The notes under the pieces were generated by a model. That model made no database searches. It was not told the DNA's origin and saw only the letters and a program-made list of their open reading frames with translations. Shown piece by piece: positions 50,831 to 63,049 of a stretch of 64,000 bases of DNA. The DNA lies in assembly GCF_006345805.1 (NCBI RefSeq), contig NC_043006.1, positions 24,800,001 to 24,864,000 on the forward strand. Direction: 5' to 3'. The position numbers and the translations under genes are program-made. This stretch comes from Octopus sinensis (taxonomy: Eukaryota). Each line of letters opens with the position of its first letter. Within the stretch, counting starts at the first letter, position 1.

Positions 50831-51094
50831 GATAAAGCTCTGACTATGAGTACATATATATATATCAGTTTGCGCCATGCCTACCCCAAAAAGCCCCCCA
50901 CCACCACCACTTTAAATCTGCCTAAATGTATAAATGCCAAAACTATTCTTGTCACCTAGCTTCCTGATGATTTCTTTTGAATGAAACAGTTCTAGTCCTG
51001 TAGCAGCTCCTTCTATAAAATAAATATATATATATTGTATTTTATATATATATATATATATTTTATATATATATGTATTTTATATATATATATG

Positions 51095-51134
<40 letters not shown>

Positions 51135-51202
51135 TTTATATTTATATGTATACATATATGTATTTTATATTTATATATATATATAATATAATATATGTAT
51201 TT

Positions 51203-51238
<36 letters not shown>

Positions 51239-51317
51239 ATATGTATTTTATATATATATATAATATATATATATATATATGTATTTTATATATATATATA
51301 TTTTATATATATACATA

Positions 51318-53356
51318 AATGAAGCCAGTATGCTCCGATGGATGTGTAATGTCAGTGTTCATAATCGTCAGAGTGTAAGTTCCTTGAGAGAAAAGCTGAA
51401 CCTAAGAAGCGTCAGTTGTGGCGTGCAAGAGAGACGGCTGCGCTGGTATGGTCATGTGACAAGAAAGGCTGAAGATAGTTGTGTGCAAAAGTGCTACACC
51501 CTAGCAGTGGAGGGAACCTGTGGAAGAGGTAGACCCAGGAAAACCTGGGACGAGGTGGTGAAGCACGACCTTCGAACTTTAGGTCTCACTAAGGAAATGT
51601 CTAGAGACCGAGACCTATGGAAGTATGCTGTGCATGAGAAGACCCGGCAAGACTAGTCAGGCCATAACCCGTGGCCCCGACCTGGGACGTAGTCAGTCCT
51701 GTGCATACCTTCCTTCTTGTGACACTTATGAAGACCTGTTGAGGCAAGTGAAAATCAAATCAAATCAAAACAAATCAAAATAGATGAACATCAGTGGAAT
51801 TGTATTCTTTGTGGTACCAGTGCCGGTGGCACACAAGAAAACCACCCAAACGTGGCCGTAACCAGTACCGCATCGACTGGCCTCCGTGCTGTGGGCACAA
51901 CAAACACCATCCGATCGTGGCCGTTCGCCAGCCTCATCTGGCACCTGTGCCGGTGGCACATAAAGACACCATCCGAAGACCCGGCGACGTAGTCAGTCCA
52001 CCTGTGCATACCTTCCCTCTTATGACACTTGTGAAGACCTGTTGAGGCAAGTGTGTGACACTTGTGAAGACCTGTTGAGGCAAGTGAAAATCAAACCAAA
52101 TCAAAATAGATGAATATCAATGGAATTTGTATCTTTGTGGTTCCAGTACGGTGGCACACAGAAAACCATCCGAAGTGGCCGTAGCTGGTACCGCATCGAC
52201 TGGCCTCCGTGCTGTGGGCACAACAAACACCATCTGATCGTGGCCGTTCGCCAGCCTCACCTGGCACCTGTGTCGGTGGCACATAAAAACACCATCCAAA
52301 GACCCGGCGACGTAGTCAGTCCACCTGTGCATACCTTCCCTCTTATGACACTTGTGAAGACCTGTTGAGGCAGAGCAGGCAAGTGTGTGACACTTGTGAA
52401 GACCTGTTGAGGCAGAGGCAAGTGTGTGACACTTGTGGAGACCTGTTGAGGCAAGTGTGTGACACGCGTGACACTTGTGAAGACCTGTTGAGGCAAGTGA
52501 AAATCAAACCAAATCAAAATAGATGAACATCAATGGAATTTGTATCTTTGTGGTTCCAGTACCGGTGGCACACAAGAAAACCATCCGATCGTGGCCGTTC
52601 GCCAGCCACATCTGGCACCTGTGTCGGTGGCACATAAAGACACCATCCGAAGACCCGGCGACGTAGACAGTCCACCTGTGCATACCTTCCTTCTTGTGAC
52701 ACTTGTGAAGACCTGTTGAGGCAAGTGACACTTGTGAAGACCTGTTGAGGCAAGTGAAAAGCAAATCAAATCAAAACAAATCAAAATAGATGAGCATAAA
52801 TGGAATTTGTATCTTTGTGGTACCAGTGCCGGTGGCACACAAGAAAATCATCCGAACGTGGCCGTAGCCAGTACCGCATAGACTGGCCTCCGTGCTTTGG
52901 GGACGTAACAAACACCATCGATCGTGGCCGTCCGCCAGCCTCATCTGGCACCTGTGTCGGTGGCACATAAAAACACCATCCGAGCGTGGCCGTCTGCCAG
53001 CCTCGTCTGGCACCTGCCAGCCTCATCTGGCACCTGTGTCGGTGGTGGCACATAAAAACACCATCCGAGCGTGGCCGTCTGCCAGCCTCGTCTGGCACCT
53101 GTGTCGGTGGCACATAAAAACACCATCCGAGCGTGGCCGTTCGCCAGCCTCGTCTGGCACCTGTGTCGGTGGCACATAAAATCACCCACTACACTCTCGG
53201 AGTGGTTGGCGTTAGGAAGGGCATCCAGCTGTAGAAACACTGCCAGATCTGACTGGCCTGGTGCAGCCTTCGGGCTCCCCAGACCCCAGTTGAACCGTCC
53301 AACCCATGCTAGCATGGAAAACGGACGCTAAATGATGATGATGATGATGATGATGA
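51318..53356 (+). mobile_element. RTE LINE 3' end with tandemly amplified 3'UTR
   Basis: ORF2 C-terminus (51318-51656), four 3'UTR units starting 51686, 51986, 52309 and 52660, then the normal tail and (GAT)n. Confidence 0.92.
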
Positions 53357-53360
53357 TATA

Positions 53361-54493
53361 TGAGGAGTTACCTAAAAGTAACTGGAAACGTTCTCTGTGG
53401 GACAAGCCCATTGTAGTTCAGGCTTTCACTGCTAGAAGCCACTTGATGCTATCCTCAGGCATCAGTCTGCCAACGGGTGACATCCAGTGAAATCATAGTG
53501 CCACATGGTGCACCTTTGTTTTGCAGTGCTTCTCACCTGTTCATTGATTTTGGCAATGGCTGACTTGAAGGAACAGTGTGCTTCCATAAAATTCTGATTT
53601 TTATATTTTTTACTGCCCACATGGGGCTAAACATAGAGGGGATAAACAAGAACAGACAAAGAGATTAAGTCAGTGACATTGACCCAGTGCGTAACTGGTA
53701 CTTATTTTTTCGACCCCAAAAGGATGAAAGGCAAAGTCAACCTCAGCTGAAAGACAAATGAAATGCTGCTAAGCATTTTGCCCAGTGTGCTAACGTTTCT
53801 GCCAGCTCACCTTCCATGAAATTCTGTTTTCTGCTGGCGAAAAAAGAGCCAAAACAGTTGTCATGCTTCAAACAGCTTACAAGGACACTGCCATGAGCGA
53901 AACACAAGTTTATGAGTGGCTTTCATGCTTTAGGGATGGTTATTTGTCACTTGGGGACCAATCTTGTTCAGGGTAAACGTCAACATTTTGAATGAATGAA
54001 AACATTATGAAAATTCATGAAGTGATCATGGACAACCATCACTGAACAACTGATGAACTTAATATGACTGGTTGTGTGCTGGAGCTACTGCTGACGAATT
54101 TTGAGCAAGGAATTGCAAACGAAAAGACTTGCAGCAAAATTCGTTCCTTGTTTTCTCACCAAAGATCAAAAGTAGTCAAGACTGAATTCATGTCGGGAAG
54201 TGAAAAGATAGTTGGAAGTTGATTTGGACCTTTTTTCGAAGGCCATCACAAATGATGGAAGCTGATGCTACAGAATTTGCAGATGTGGAAGAGGCGAAGA
54301 AAAAAACAATGCAGGCATTAAAAGGCATCACTTCGCAGGAGTTCCAGGACTGCTTTAAACAGTGGAAAACACATCTGAACCAATGCTTTGCTTCAAATGG
54401 AGAATACTTTGAAGGTCATAAAAGTGTAAACATGTAAAACTACAGGAATAAAATAATATTGAAAAATTCCGGTTTCTTTTGGGTAGCCCTTTG
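53361..54493 (+). mobile_element. mariner fossil, internally deleted, with SINE A inserted at ~53605-53810
   Basis: TA-flanked termini TGAGGAGTTACCTAAAAGTAACTGGAA / TTCCGGTTTCTTTTGGGTAGCCCTTTG; AYKDTAMSETQVYEW HTH remnant; FQDCFKQWKTHLNQCFASNGEYFEG C-terminus. Confidence 0.85.
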
Positions 54494-54524
54494 TACATGC
54501 ACACACACACACCTTTATATATAT

Positions 54525-56230
54525 ATATATTAATAATATAAGGGTAAATAATTATTAATTTCAAAATCAACAATTATTTCCGGGTAGATTTCAGTATGGA
54601 AATATAACTATTATCGGTAGGAACCTTTTCAAAAAGTTCTATATATATATATATATAAATAAAAAGGGCAAGCAACAGGTTGCTAAGCCACATACCGAAA
54701 AATTAGAAATAGCAGTCAAAGACCGCTTATTTCTATTTTCTATAAATATAACTCCACATATAACATATACATGTAACTCACATATGTTTTACTGCCTTTC
54801 ATCTAGTCTAATTCTGTTCCTAACTAGTTCAGCTCTCTGTAACTTTTATGATGTGGCCCAGCAACTTGATGTCTCTGTAATTACTTCTGTGTGAGGCATT
54901 TCCTTTACCCATGTAACAGCTGGCTGTAATCCTGCTTCACCAGTCATTGGGTATGATATCTTCTATAACCTGATTAACTAAATGGTAACTAGGCCTTATC
55001 CTACTCTGCCACATATTTTAAGCATGTCATTAGTAATTCCTGATAGATCAGGAGCCTTCCTTGACTTCAAATCCTTAATTGCCTAATGTATCATCATCAT
55101 CATTTAATGTACATTTTCCATCATTAACTACACATACAAGTTCAAGGTGCAGCCATCAGTGTAGGTGTAGCTGGAGATGTGGCTGACCTCTTCATGACAT
55201 GGTGGGACAGAAAACTTAAATAAATGTTAGCAGAACAGTCCACAACTCTCCTACTCTACAGTAGATATGTAGATGACATTAATATCAGAGTTAGGACCAA
55301 CTCCTGTGACGGTAGTGTAGAAACTGAGAAGAACGTAATGGAGAGCATCCAGCAAGTAGGTAACTTCATCCACCAAAGTATCAAGGTAACTATAGATTAC
55401 CCCACTAAGCACCCCAACAACAGACTCCCTGTACTTGATACTGAACTTTGGTTAGAGACTGTGAACAATAGAGTGCAGTTCCTCCACTCCTATTACATGA
55501 AACCTATAACTTCAAAATATGTTGTTCACAAGAACTCGGCTTTGTCACACAACATGAATATTAACATACTTATAGTAGAATTAGTTCGAATAATGAACAA
55601 TGTGTCCTTACTATGTGAACCCTATGAAATGAAAAAACATATACAAAACTTCATGCACCACATGCAGTTCTCTGGATATGATCAGAAAGATAGTGTTCGA
55701 GTATACAGGGGTGGGGGCGAGAAAGAAATTAGACATTATACATAATGATATCAGTGGTACCTGCCCTAGATATAGAAACAAAAAATGGAATAGGATACAA
55801 AGAACTTGTGATAAAGCAAACAGGGCGAACACGTGGTATAAAACTGACAAATATCAAGGAGTGATGTTTGTAGAGGCTACAACCCATGGAGAACTAGCCC
55901 GTAAATTTAGAAAAGCTCTGAAGGAGACCAAACTCAACATTAAGATTGTTGAAAAGCCAGGGAACTCATCAGATCACAACTATGTAGGACGTACTCCTTT
56001 GAGAATACCATATGCACCAATGATAACTGCATGGTATGTAGGAATATGAAGATCATATTTCACCACCTTGTCTCATGTCTTCTTGTAATACATGCCATGA
56101 TATATGGAAATACATCTTCAGATGTTTTATTCAAAGACTGCTGCTAAAGCACCTAAAATCATCAATATTGATCTCATCAATTACAAATACTACAACCTAC
56201 AACAGTTTCCGAGTCATAATGAAGGCTAAA
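54525..56230 (+). mobile_element. Penelope-like element fragment: RT C-terminal half plus linker
   Basis: LLYSRYVDD, RLPVLDTELW, HSYYMKPITSKYVVHKNSAL, MQFSGY (55224-55745); VMFVEATTHGELARKF..IKIVEKPG (55678-56049); upstream repeat shared with 49422. Confidence 0.75.
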
Positions 56231-56519
56231 TTCACAATATTTTATTTAAATACATTAAATTTTTCAGGATTGTCATCATGCATATTCACATAAAGTGTTG
56301 CTGTAATTATTTGGCTACATATTATTGATCAAGCTAATAAACTGTGTTTATGATATGTGTGTATATTTATATTGTGTACAGTAATTGAATAAATGAAGCT
56401 ACAATGAAGCTGTCCAATACTTGGTGTTGTCATTTGTAGATTACGTATCTGATATTTGTGGGATATGCCTGTGGATTTGCAATCTGTGAAGAAATACAAT
56501 GTAGTAAAATGTATTAGGT

Positions 56520-57120
56520 TGTTCAGAAAATAATAGCCAATTTTAAAAATAAGCCTATATTCTTAAAAAAAAAACTGCACTTATACACCAGTTTAATTAT
56601 GCAAAATATGATCGCTGAACAGCTATGCATTTCTCCCATCAATTAACAAAGTTATTCATGCTTCATCGACAAAAAGACAAAGGTTTTAATGCCAAGAAAT
56701 CCTTCAATTCAGTTACGACCTTGGTTTTGGAATGGAGGGTTTTTTGCCTTAAAAATGTGTCAGTGAGTGAAAAATCATGGAAATATGGAGAATGTGATAA
56801 AGTCTCATCCCAAGTCTGCAGTGTCACACTGGATATGTGTGGTTGAACGTTTTTGTGGAGCAGGATTGGCCCACATCGATCTCATGCTGGTCTCATTTTG
56901 CTCAAGTAAACACGCATTTCTTCTAGTTACTTACAGACACCAAGGATATGAAGCAGTTCTCTGACACTTTGTTGTTTTCAAATGCTGATAATCAAGGGTG
57001 GATGGATGTCCTCTACCTTCTTGATCTTCAAGGTTTTCATCCCCACTATGAAATCTCTCAAATCACCATTGTACTATTGACATTGACAGCTGTTTGTGAA
57101 GCATTATGTCCAAGCTTGAA
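56520..57120 (-). mobile_element. Degraded mariner-like transposase N-terminal region
   Basis: Minus strand FERFHSGDENLEDQEGRGHPST resembles WF.RF..GD..LED..R.GRP. Confidence 0.55.
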
Positions 57121-57718
57121 TTCATGCAAAAAAAAAAGTAAATGTATTTCTTCTTTTTACATGTTTGAAATTAAGGGTTTCTATGCTCCAAAATTATATT
57201 CTAAAAAAAATCAATAGCAATTTATTAAAGAGTACACAACAATTATTAAGCATGTAAAATTTCGTCTAAAACACTACAAAAATAACATCTTAAATTGATT
57301 TGAAAAAATGTTTTCGAAAAATTGGACAGTACCTTCTGAACATCCTAACAGAATAAGAACAAAAAGTAATGAAATATTTTATGGAAATTAGTTTTGTAAA
57401 CAAAAGTATTTCATTACAAAGAGTTGATTGTTCTTGTAATGCCAACCAATAGAAGTGAGACATTTAATCCAACTGAATGGAAAGGAAATCATAAAAAATT
57501 GTATTTCAGAAGGCACTGAGCGTGAATTCCTGATTCATGTAAGCTGCTACTTTTAGTATATAATGTGACAAATTATAAAAATATTTTATCAATAACTGAA
57601 TTTTGTAATTTCTACAACTGAAGAAAGTGAAATATTTGTGCAATAAAATGAACAACCGAAAGTATATATGTAGATGACCATGAAGAAAAACTGAGAATGG
57701 GTGGAAATGACAGTTAAC

Positions 57719-57754
<36 letters not shown>

Positions 57755-57755
<1 letters not shown>

Positions 57756-58027
57756 TGTTGTGTCTAGGGAGAGTCATTTTCTTTTTGTGCCTTATAATGT
57801 AACACACTCACTGGTAAAATTTCCAATTATTTCTTATTTTCATTTTCCTAAAATTTTTGTTGCGTGATGCAACCTTTTCAATAGTCTTGAGTCAAGACTA
57901 TTGAAAAGGTTGCAAAACACAACGAACATTTTAGGAAAAATAAAAATAAAAATAAGTGGAAATTTTACCGGTGGGTGTTTTAAATTATAAAGCACAAAAA
58001 GAAAACGACTCTCCCCAGACACAACAG
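57755..58027. mobile_element. Foldback/MITE-like palindrome (273 bp, centre 57891)
   Basis: CTGTTGTGTCTAGGGAGAGTC / GACTCTCCCCAGACACAACAG termini; perfect 23-bp inner stem TGCAACCTTTTCAATAGTCTTGA. Confidence 0.85.
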
Positions 58028-58083
58028 AATATGCTTCAACACACCAACTCATATAAAGAATCTTGCAAACCAAATCCCAAAAC

Positions 58084-58114
<31 letters not shown>

Positions 58115-58285
58115 TACTACACTCACAGAGTGGTTGGCGTTAGGAAGGGCATCCAGCTGTAGAAACATTGCCAGATAAGACCGGAGCCTGGTGCAGCCTT
58201 CTGGCTTCCCAGATCCCCGGTTGAACCGTCCAACCCATGCTAGCATGGAGAACGGACGTTAAACGATGATGATGATGATGATGAT
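58115..58285 (+). mobile_element. RTE 3' tail next to (TA)n
   Basis: Shared tail and (GAT)n. Confidence 0.85.
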
Positions 58286-59076
58286 AATTATTATTGACAA
58301 GAGCAGTATTAAAAGGCAATCCTTGTATCCAACTTAACTTAGAAATGTTAGAATGCTGGATACTGTAGTATTTACCCTGAGAGGTTTTCTCATATAGACT
58401 CATAGTGCATAAAAACTCAGACATATATCATTGCACACAAGAATTATCCTGGCATGAGCATCAGAACTGCCACTTCAAGAAGCACAGTATACTGTGTTTC
58501 TTCTGTGGCAGGTGTCCAGCCCTGCATACCAGCCAAACCTCACTGCTAATGATATATAGAAAAACATGTGTATTTTCATTCACTGATGTTGCAAAAAGCA
58601 CAGGTATATATCACCTTCTACAATCTCTGTCTGTGATTTTATGTATTGTGCATCTATATGAGAGGACCTCTCAGGGAAAATACTGAAGTATTTGGCTTTC
58701 TAACAATACATGAAGATGGATGTAAAGATTGACTTTTGGTATTAATACTGCTTTTGTAACTAGTAATAATCTTTTTAATAAGCTTGATGGTTATTTGTAA
58801 CCTCAGTGGCTGAAAAGACTCTGTTAGTCTACATATTACTTGCAGTGAGATTTGGCTGGTATGCAAGGATGGATGCCTGCTACTGTAGGAGTGCAGTATG
58901 TTAAAATCACATGATCTGGTAGTTCCAGCACCCATACTAGATGATTCTTGTCTACAATGATATATATCTGTTTTTATGCACCATATGTCTATATGAGAGG
59001 ACCTCTCAGGTTGAATATCGAAGTATTTGGTATTCTAACAATATATCCACAAGGTGGATATAAAGATTGACTTTAT

Positions 59077-59128
<52 letters not shown>

Positions 59129-59859
59129 AAAAAGAAGTTTGAAAATTCCACTATATAAGATAAATTTTAATTTTCTTAGAAATTTTACGTTTCGGTTCTT
59201 CTTGAAAAAACGAACCTTATCAAAAATATTTAAAAAAGTTAAGTGTAATAAAAAGTTCATAATTGTTTCTTACTAGTCTCAACACAGTCCACGTGGTGGT
59301 GTTTTGTGGGTAGTAAGCATAATAGCTGTAAATTTAAAGTTGAGTGTAATAAAAAAGTTCATAATTGTTTCTTACTGGTCTCAACAGAATCCACGTTGTT
59401 AGGAAACTGTTATTCATTATGCTATTTCTCTAAGTTTCCAGGAATAGCTTACAATAGTTCAGTGGGGTATCCTTTTAAGTTGCCTGGTAAAGATTTAAAC
59501 AAGACATGAGCTTAAAACAATAAACAAAAAAAAAAAGAAAATTGTATAAATCAGTGCAACTAGATTGGTAATGTATCTGTTGCTAGTATTATCTTATGCA
59601 TGAATATAACTATCTCTAAACATAAACAATACAATATTTAGACATAAAACCATTTGAAAAAAAATACATTAGGGAATAAATAAGAATCATATCATAATAG
59701 AGTACATTCTTACTATTAAAAGATGTTGGCTACTGTGTGAGTGGGTGGCAGTGGAACGAAAGTTACCGGAATGATGAAGGACACTATCTTTTATCTTTTA
59801 GTTCATCAAAATCTATTTGAGGGATGAAAAACCTGCCCTAACCATTTGATATTTATGGT

Positions 59860-60480
59860 ATATCATCTCTTTGTACAGCCCATTGTAGGAACTGAGCTCA
59901 TTGTAAATTCATCCATAAAAACTTGTTGACCTTCCGCTAAAATTGCCAACTTTTCAGCAATATTCTTTGCAGTTAATTTAAGTAGCTTCTCATTAGATAA
60001 ACATTCTGTATGGACTACTAGCAACTCAACCATATCATCCGCTATGACTTCTTCAAGCCCTACAAATATCACAGTCTTTTCAAATTTGATGTAGACTTTC
60101 TGCCTGTGGAAAATTTGTTAAGCTAGAAACATTGTCTAACCATTGTATTATGTTGAACTTTTAACTGTAGGTTTATTTTCCGTATAAATTGTTTCATAGT
60201 TTGAAAGTTCTTCTCAGATAATATTCCTTGAAGTTAGCTATCATATCTTGATCCATTGACTTGAGCAAATAAGTTGTATTCTTTGGGATATATCTACTCT
60301 GACATCATCAGAAAGCTCACTTAAATTCACTGGGTTACTTGGTGCATTGTCTATAGTGAGCAATTCATTCTTTGAAATATGTCTGACACTGTACCTTTCT
60401 ACAGCAGGACAAAAATGCTTGTAAACCACTCTTCAAAACAGTTCATCATCCATGCTTTCTTATTTAAACACCACATCAAA
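59860..60480 (-). mobile_element. pogo/Tigger-like DDE_1 transposase remnant
   Basis: LLTIDNAPSNP..(P.NTT.L)..QWIK (QPMDQ region) and EEVIADDMVELL..ECLSNEKLLKL. Confidence 0.55.
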
Positions 60481-61296
60481 AACCAATTAGACTTTTATTG
60501 TGTTGTTTTTGATAATTAAGGAGTCTGTGTGTTGGTAATGTCAGTGGTTGTATTGGTATGGTGTTGATGATAGATGGTGATGAAGGTTGATTTATATATA
60601 CTTATAAGATTGAGATGATGTGATCAGAGATACACATCTCAAAAACAAGTTGGGAATGGTCACGGCTGGAATGCTTTTTAAATATAGAGCTAACCTGGGG
60701 CTAAAGAAAAACATGGTAACTGATGCCATATTCATTCGGCTAGAAGCGACTAATCATACTAATGGCCAAATAGGGATGGGAAAACGATTATGAAATATAA
60801 AAATACAGTTGGTGCAACAGCCGTGACTACCAGATTGTGTTCACAGATCACAATATGCAGCCAAACAGACTTTTGGCCCAATTTATATTTCTTACAGGAG
60901 CAATGATTGTACAGGTATAGATAGATGGATAGTTAGATGGACATTTGTAATCCTAGAAAATATATGTAGACACATACAAACATTTATAGTGAAAATTTTC
61001 ACTTCATGTATACAGACATTTACATACACACACATGCACACACAGGTGTGCACATGATTATAATTTTTCAAATTGTTTACTGCTTTGATCTTAACTGAAC
61101 AGGTACTAGAATTCTCACTAGTACAAAGATCCAGAGGAAAGCACGATAAAGTCTTATCTTTACTTCAAAGTGGAACACATTGTAATATTGGCAAAAGGAC
61201 TTACAAGCTGTGATTTTGCATCGAAACTACTTACTTATTGTTTGTGCCTTGTAAGATAGCATTTTCTTAACAGAAACGAGATCTTAATCCTTCCGA

Positions 61297-61347
<51 letters not shown>

Positions 61348-61604
61348 ATGTGTATGTGTGTGCGTGTGCGCATATGTTTTACTTTGGAAAGTTGTTGTTT
61401 ACCTTAGATTAACGTTGATAGAGAGTTATGATACAAGTCTTGTTCAACCTGTTCTTTGCATATCTAGTACTACATTTTCTAATGTTTCTTTTCTTTTTCA
61501 AAATGACAAACTGTGATTTAAGAGAGATTTGTTTGCTGCATTCAGTTGATTGAATAAGTATGTAGAGACTTAGTTGTTGTTAGAAAATATTTTTTTACTG
61601 TATT

Positions 61605-61795
61605 ACTACACTCTCGGAGTGGTTGGCATTAGGAAGGGCATCCAGCTGTAGAAACTCTGCCAGATCAGATTGGAGTCTGGTTCGCCAGACCTCAGTCAAA
61701 TCGTCCAACCCATGCTAGCATGGAAAGCGGACGATGATGATGATGATGATGATGGTGATGGTGATGGTGATGGTGATGGTGATGGTGATGGTGAT
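61605..61795 (+). mobile_element. RTE 3' tail whose (GAT)n changes into (GATGGT)n
   Basis: Direct inspection. Confidence 0.85.
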
Positions 61796-63049
61796 TATCA
61801 TTATTATTTTTTAGACAACAAAATGGCAGAATTATTAGAGCATCAGAAAAATTCTATGTGGCATTTCTTCTTGCTCTTTATTTTCTAATCTCAAATATTG
61901 TCATGGTTAACTTTGCTTTTCATCTTTCTGGAGTTGATAAAATATCAGCCAAGTACTTGGAACAATAGTATCAACTAACTCTCACCTCAAAATTGCTTGC
62001 TTTGTGTTTAAATCAAAACCTGGTTGGCACTGTAAGCTGGCAAAATTAAAACTGTAGAAAATACTTAGTGGTACTTTTGACAGCTCTTTACATTCTTTAC
62101 ATCCTGTCAAATTTCATCCCTCTGAGGATGATAGAATAAAGTAGCAGTCAAATAGTGGTGTCAATGATATTCACTAATTCCCTCCCATCAAAATTTCTGG
62201 CTTTGTGCCTAAAATAGAAATAATTCTTAAAGTCAGTGAGCTGGCAGAAGGATTAGAGCATCCAAAAAAAAAAAAAGAACTTTTAGTTTTTGTTTCAGTT
62301 CTACATTCTAAGTTCAAAATCTACTAAGATCAACATGGCCGTTCATCCCTCAAGGGTCAATAAAATAAAATACCAGTCAACTAACACCCTTTCTTCCAAA
62401 CTGTTGATCTTGTGAATAAATTAGAAACCATTATTATTATTATTGCTTCTTAAAACATACACATGTTTATTTCACCTCCAAATCAGATCATGGCTGAAGC
62501 ATTACCAAATGAATTTTTGGGGATGGGTGATTGGGGATAAGTTGATAAAAAAAATTATAATTACTTGAAGAAAGCCTGTCCTCAATATCAGAGTTAGACA
62601 AAACAAAGCAAGTTTGTTGTTACCGACTATTTATATGTATGATATTTTCACTTCCAAAATAACCACTAAATACATACAGTACATGACAAAACATGCCGGC
62701 AACAAACGAAAAAGCACAACATGAAAACAAAATGCATAAGTGAATGAACAAAAGAGAGAGGGTAAAAAAATGAACATTTAAATGAATAAGTAATTGATAA
62801 AAATATTATAAGCATCTTAACTGGTAGTTTGAAAAATAGCAGTGGTAACAACACCAGTGGTAACAACAGCAGTGGTACCAATAGCAGTGGCAACATTCAG
62901 GTGAAGTCAAAACTTTAAATGACTCACCTTGTAGTTGTTTCAATCACTCATATAGTTGTGCTTTAAAACTAATCTTGCTCTGATTCTAACACTAATAAAA
63001 CTAACAGAATTTTTAAACATAAATTAGTTCCAAGAATCAAAAAGAATTG

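Noticed and set aside
50964-50998. CTGATGA-TTTCTTTTGAAT-GAAA-CAGTTCTA-GTC hammerhead-like string
   Set aside because: Core and GUC are present, but stem I cannot form and stem II opens with a mismatch; chance or heavily decayed.
51686-53200. Regularly spaced short repeats that could look like a CRISPR array
   Set aside because: The intervening sequences are themselves repeated RTE 3'UTR; eukaryotic context; no cas genes.
58655-58700. GAG-GACCT-CTC..GAAA-ATAC-TGAA-GTATT double hairpin
   Set aside because: Upstream CTATATGA is not an HHR core, spacing is wrong, and the sister copy lacks GAAA.
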